This document shows positions 7,812 to 12,249 of a stretch of 12,249 nucleotides of DNA, piece by piece (position 1 is the first letter of the stretch; every line of letters begins with the position of its first letter). The notes beneath the pieces were generated by a model. It searched no databases. It saw only the letters and a program-made list of their open reading frames with translations, and was not told the DNA's origin. Source of the stretch: Planctomycetota bacterium (GTDB lineage: Bacteria > Planctomycetota > B15-G4); the NCBI GenBank assembly GCA_965248575.1, contig CBDFJQ010000001.1, forward strand, positions 1-12,249, in the 5' to 3' direction. Position numbers and translations under genes: made by a program.

Positions 7812-9375
7812 AAAAAATAATCTGCACATTGGTATTTCTTGTGAGCTGCACGAATAACGGTTCGTCCGAGCCAACAGTCGGCGGCACTCAGGTCCTCGGG
7901 CCCTTCACGGGTCCACAGGCGACACTCCATCCCGATAATGTCGATCCTCACCCGATTCGCTACTACGGCACCGATCTGGGATGGACGTACGAGCACAACG
8001 GCCAACTCCATATCCTGTTCGGCGACACAATGGCGAACGAAGTAGGTGACAGGATCGAAGCATCGAGCGGCGACAGGCTTGATGACAGCTTCGGGGTTAT
8101 CGATCTTGAAAAATGGTCTGATCCTCAGACCTTTACACCCGACAATATTCCTCTGATAAAACTCGGCCAGAACGAGGGCACTGCTGAAATGTCCGCCATC
8201 GATCCCGACCATGCGATGGAAGGTTTCAAGACGCCACTGGCGGGATTCAGCAATGGCGAACATGAGTTTGGAGTGTTCTATTTGAGCAAGCCCGTGGGCT
8301 GCCGGGTCGACGCAGATTGCAGTAACGGGATGAGCTGTGATCCTGATATCGGTTACGTCGGTGAACCGTATAGCAATGAAGCAGGACTTACGTTGGGCTG
8401 TGTGGAAGGATCGGGACCGGCTTGCGTCGCGAATACGATGGAAGGTGAGCAATCCGGTCCCTCGGGCCTTTGCACGGACCCGACCAGCACGATCTGGACT
8501 AACACTGCCGCCGGTCGTGTTGGCGCCGTCGCAGTAATGGTCCGGATCGGTGTGCGTGATGCGACCGACCCACGGCGGTATGCACCAATACACGACTGGT
8601 TGACGAACAAATTTCTGAATCCCGCTATTCGTACCGATAAGGACCGCGTGTTTGATTTGGGGCCGCCCTGCATTCATTGGCGTTAATGAAACCGGCCGGA
8701 CCGTGGGTGTTTATTTCGCCTACGCGAAAATGCCGACAGCTCCCGATTTTGACTGGAGACTCCAGTACTTCGCCGGAATTGACGAAGATGGTGCACCACG
8801 CTACAGCCCGAACGAGAAAGACGCAGCAGCACTCGATCTGGACTCGTCTCAAAGTGGTCAACAGACAAACGAACCGTATGACATAGTCCAATCAACTGAG
8901 TGTCGCCTGGATAGATCACCTCGGAAAATGGGTGATGTTTTATGGCGGTGGGCTGACCAATATCTCGTACCCGCCCGCGCTCATCGACTGTGGAATCCTT
9001 GAATTATTTACCGGACGGGATTGCCTCAAGGTCGACATGGGAAACGGAGCCTTTCGTATGCGAACGGCCGATAAGCCCTGGGGTCCGTGGTCGCCACCGC
9101 AGGATATTATCGTCGGCGGAGACCCCGCTGTTCCCGGATCGGGTCAATATGGGGAGGGGGGCATGCTGCGGCATCCGTCTTGCACAAGCGATGACTGTGC
9201 GCCGCATACTCCCGCGAGGGACGTCAATGAAAAGGAGTATGGATTCTTTTACAGCGCCAATATCATCGAGCAGTGGACGACGCCGGTCGGTGACAGTGTC
9301 GATGTCATCTGGAACGCCTCGACCTGGGATCCCTACCGCGTCATTTTATTGAGAACCCGGATCGATCCGAAATGA
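7808..9375 (+). CDS. DUF4185-like lipoprotein, paralogue B (two +1 frameshifts near 8651-8653 and 8888-8889)
   Basis: GTG start overlapping the upstream TGA. MKKIICTLVFLVS|C is a lipoprotein signal. The supplied ORFs 7712..8686, 8652..9002 and 8932..9375 join into a full-length paralogue of 6243..7811 (DRVLIWGRP vs DRVLLWGRP; DIVNQLSVAWIDHLGKWVMFYGG vs DVVHQMSVEWIPQLNKWLMLYGG). Confidence 0.75.
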
Positions 9376-10616
9376 AGGCATTCGAACGCATCTGTTATTC
9401 CCTGGCTCTGCTCGTCGTCGCTACGAAACGCATGCATCGAGGAAAAAGTCGAAGAAACGGTCACGAATGTGCAGTCGGCATGGCAACTGCGCCTGATCGA
9501 CGACAGTGGTATTGACGATCCAAACAACGTCGGTGTCGGGCGAGTCATCGCGCATGGCGAGTTCCTGTATCTCGGTACCTGGAACAACGAGTCCGGCGGC
9601 AAGATGTACCGCTCGCGCGATGGCGACTCCTGGGAACTGATGGGCAGCGGGCCATTAACGGGCAACAAGAATGATTTCGTAGTGGTTTCCATCGCGAGGG
9701 TTCAAGGATGCATGCTGTATGTCGGCACCTGGAACCAGGAAGACGGTGCCGCCATGTTTCGAACCACCCTTGATGATACGAGCTCGGCAGAGATTAGCTG
9801 GGAGGAAGTTACCGTCGACGGTTTCGGCAATCCGCGAAATACTGGTTTCACGCATATGCGAGAGTTCAAAGGGCACCTTTACGCCGGCTGTTTCAACTAC
9901 GAGGAAGGCTCGGAGGTGTGGCGCAGCGAGACAGGCGAGCCGGGATCATGGGAAATGGTCATCCCGAAAGGCTGGAACACGGAAGGCAACACCGATTCCA
10001 CGGTGATGCTGGTTCACGACGGGTACCTGTATATCGGCACCGAGTCAGCGCGCTCCAAAAAAGAAGTCGGACCCCAGTTGTGGCGAACCGATGGCGAGCT
10101 CGCGCCACCTTATGATCAGTGGCAGCAGGTAAACACAAATGGTTTCGGCAATCCCAGTAATCACAACATATGCGGTCTCGGCGAACTGAACGGCCAGATT
10201 TATGCGGGTACCTGGAACGAGACGGAGGGTATAGAGGTCTGGGCGGCGACGCCGAGCCAGACGCTACCCTTCTCGGACTGGCAGAAGGTCAACAGGAATG
10301 GTTTTGGCAATCCCAACTACTCTCATACCTCGGCGATGGCCTCGCTCGATGGCGAATTGTTCATCAGCGGCTTCAAATGGGAAGGCTGGTTGACAGATGC
10401 CGAGGTCGCAGAGACTGTTGTGCCGGGGACGGCTGCGGATAATGTTTTTGCCAAGACGAGCGACGGACTGACCTGGGATATCATCACGAGAATCGATTTC
10501 ATGAACAGCCAATGGCCGGCGTCATGTGGATCGAAGCATTCGACGGAAAGATTTACGTTGGCGGCCACGCACGTAACGGCCCCATGCAATTATGGGTCTA
10601 TGAAGCGGTGAAATAA
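9372..10616 (+). CDS. Exported (possibly lipoprotein) 7-bladed beta-propeller protein of unknown function (frameshifts near 9426-9428 and ~10504-10511)
   Basis: ATG 9372 overlaps the upstream TGA. Removing one A gives MKAFERICYSLALLVVATNACIEEKVEETVTNVQSAWQL. There are seven repeats of the type xxG.LY.GTWN...WR(S/T).(D)G..W and three GFGNP motifs. The last repeat (MWIEAFDGKIYVGG...QLWVYEAVK*) is in another frame and ends at TAA 10614-10616, overlapping the next ATG (TAATG). Confidence 0.75.
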
Positions 10617-11371
10617 TGGGTAAATTCGATCTCACAGGGCAAGTAGCCCTGATTACGGGCGGTGCTGGCGGAATCGGGCGTGCCGTTGCGCAAAGTTTCG
10701 GCGACGCCGGAGCAACTATCGTTCTCGGAGATATCAATAGCGACGCGAGCGAGAAAGCAGCGGCAGAACTCGAAGAGCTGGGTTTTCCTGCAGTCGGTCT
10801 TGGCGGAGACGTAAGCAAATCGGAAGACGCCGAAGCCTTGGTTGCGGGCACTGTAGAAGCATTTGGGCGTATCGACATCCTCGTAAATATCGCGGGCTAT
10901 ATGGGACGCACGGCGCCGTTATGGGAATTGACGGACGACGACTGGCAAGACGTGATGAATATCGATCTGACGAGCGTGTTCTATGTCAGCCGCGCAGCCA
11001 TAAAACACATGCGCTCCCAGGGAAGCGGCGCCATCATCAGCATATCGTCCATTGCGGGAAAAGAAGGCACCCCTCGGCTTGATTCCTTACTCCGTTGCCA
11101 AAGCCGGCATCATCGCTTTCACCAAAGCGCTGGGGAAAGAAGTCATCAAGGAAGGTATCCGCGTCAACTGCGTGGCGCGGCAATCGTAGACACACCCCTG
11201 CTGGATCAGTTGCCAAAGGAAGCGATCGATCTGATGTTGAGCAAAGCGCCGATGGGAAGATTCGGAACAGCGGATGAGGTAGCCGCCGTCGTGCACTTTC
11301 TTGCTTCCGATGCTGCAAGCTTTATTACCGCTCAATGTTTCGATGCCAGCGGCGGCCGTGCGACATACTAG
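10616..11371 (+). CDS. SDR family NAD(P)-dependent oxidoreductase, resembling 2-dehydro-3-deoxy-L-rhamnonate dehydrogenase (Lra5-like); internal compensating frameshifts
   Basis: TGGAGGIG, DILVNIAG, SSIAGKEG, PMGRFGTADEVA and C-terminal FDASGGRATY. The catalytic YxxxK (YSVAK, 11088-11102) and TKALGKE...IRVNCVA lie in a shifted frame between ~11075 and ~11179. Confidence 0.9.
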   Translation: MGKFDLTGQVALITGGAGGIGRAVAQSFGDAGATIVLGDINSDASEKAAAELEELGFPAVGLGGDVSKSEDAEALVAGTVEAFGRIDILVNIAGYMGRTAPLWELTDDDWQDVMNIDLTSVFYVSRAAIKHMRSQGSGAIISISSIAGKEGTPRLDSLLRCQSRHHRFHQSAGERSHQGRYPRQLRGAAIVDTPLLDQLPKEAIDLMLSKAPMGRFGTADEVAAVVHFLASDAASFITAQCFDASGGRATY

Positions 11372-11386
11372 ACAAAAGGAATATTA

Positions 11387-12249
11387 GTGAAAAAGAGTGT
11401 GGACAGAATACTCACCACCCATGTCGGCAGCCTGCCGCGTCCGGATGACCTGATCGAATTGATGTTCGCGAAGGAGCGAAGGAAAGGACGTCGACGAGCA
11501 TTTACTCGAAGAAACAACGCAAGCCGCCGTGGCTGAGGTCGTTCAGCGCCAGCGGGACGCCGGCATCGATGTCATGAGCGACGGCGAAATGAGCAAGGCA
11601 AGTTATGCGACATATATCACCGAGCGATTGACCGGTTTCGCAGGGACTTCGGACCTGCCGAAGCTCAGCGATATTCTGGAGTATCCAAATGTGTCGAGCG
11701 CTTATTTCAATGACCCCGGCGTACAGAGCCTGAACAGGCATCGGCCAGCCTGTAACGGCCCGGTTTCTTCAGCGGGAACGCAGGGACGCCGAAGTCGATA
11801 TCGCACATTTCAAGGAGGCACTCGCCGCCGCCAGTCCGGAAGAGGCTTTTATGAATGCGGCATCCCCCGGACTAGCGTCGATGTTTCTTGGCAATACTTT
11901 TTACGAGACGGAGGAAGAATTCCTTTGGGCCGTTGCCGAAGCGATGAAACCCGAGTACCGGGCCATCGTCGACGCGGGGCTCTTGCTCCAGCTCGACTGT
12001 CCGGACCTGGCGATGACCAGACATCGGGAATTCGCGAATTCGCCAGTCGAGGACTTTCGCGACTACGCAGCACTACATATAGAAGTACTGAACGGGGCGT
12101 TGAGCGATATCCCCCAGGACCGCATTCGAGTACACATTTGTTGGGGCAATTACCCCGGCCCGCACCATCATGACGTGCCACTGGAGCAAATCGCCGATTT
12201 GTTGATGACGATTCGCGCAGGAGGTCTGTTAATAGAAGCTGCAAACTCA
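11387..12249 (+). CDS. Cobalamin-independent methionine synthase II family (single-barrel MetE-like, Zn-binding) protein, 3'-truncated, two +1 frameshifts (~11477, ~11783-11785)
   Basis: GTG 11387 follows AAGGA and gives MKKSVDRILTTHVGSLPRP, then RQRDAGIDVMSDGEMSK. A third frame not in the ORF track reads AFMNAASPG...AEAMKPEYRAIVDAGLLLQLDCPDLAM...RVHICWGNYPGPHHHDVPL...IEAAN, containing the HxC Zn motif. Open at the window end. Confidence 0.9.

Noticed and set aside
6456..8677. Minus-strand ORFs 6456..7037 and 7772..8677
   Set aside because: They are antisense to the DUF4185-like genes, typical of GC-rich coding DNA, and have no motifs.
6401..9335. Exact 21-bp and 28-bp repeats as a CRISPR array, DGR template/variable pair or recombination sites
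   Set aside because: Each has only two copies, and both encode the most conserved motifs of two paralogous genes. There is no spacer structure, reverse transcriptase or recombinase nearby.
8640..11800. Programmed ribosomal frameshifting or phase variation as the cause of the frame breaks
   Set aside because: There are no slippery heptamers or long simple repeats at the sites, the breaks are numerous and of mixed sign, and one pair compensates. Sequencing error is simpler.
11387..12249. Calling the last gene metE
   Set aside because: It lacks the N-terminal barrel of full-length MetE, so its function cannot be assigned from family membership alone.

Overview
Gene-dense bacterial catabolic region with 12 protein-coding genes. 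I found no RNA genes, mobile elements or CRISPR arrays. (1) 2-1816 (+): two tandem enolase-superfamily (MR/MLE) paralogues; the first is truncated by the window and lacks several catalytic and metal-binding residues. (2) 1818-6003 (-): an intact five-gene operon encoding an HpcH/HpaI aldolase, an MhpD-type keto-acid hydratase, a SnoaL/NTF2 protein, an MR-type dehydratase and an SMP-30 lactonase. (3) 6004-6242: a divergent intergenic region with two sigma70-like promoters, each overlapped by a copy of a 12-bp palindrome (consensus CTAACATGTTAG). (4) 6243-12249 (+): a tightly packed operon encoding two paralogous exported Cys-rich DUF4185 (GH183-like) proteins, an exported 7-bladed beta-propeller, an SDR resembling the 2-keto-3-deoxy-sugar-acid dehydrogenase Lra5, and a single-barrel MetE-like Zn protein (3'-truncated). 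About nine single-base indels, mostly at 8.6-11.8 kb, break the + strand genes. They look like sequencing errors and make the supplied ORF track misleading. The best hypothesis, which is inference, is a co-regulated locus coupling extracellular glycan cleavage to non-phosphorylative sugar-acid catabolism. All family calls come from motif recognition by eye, not database searches.
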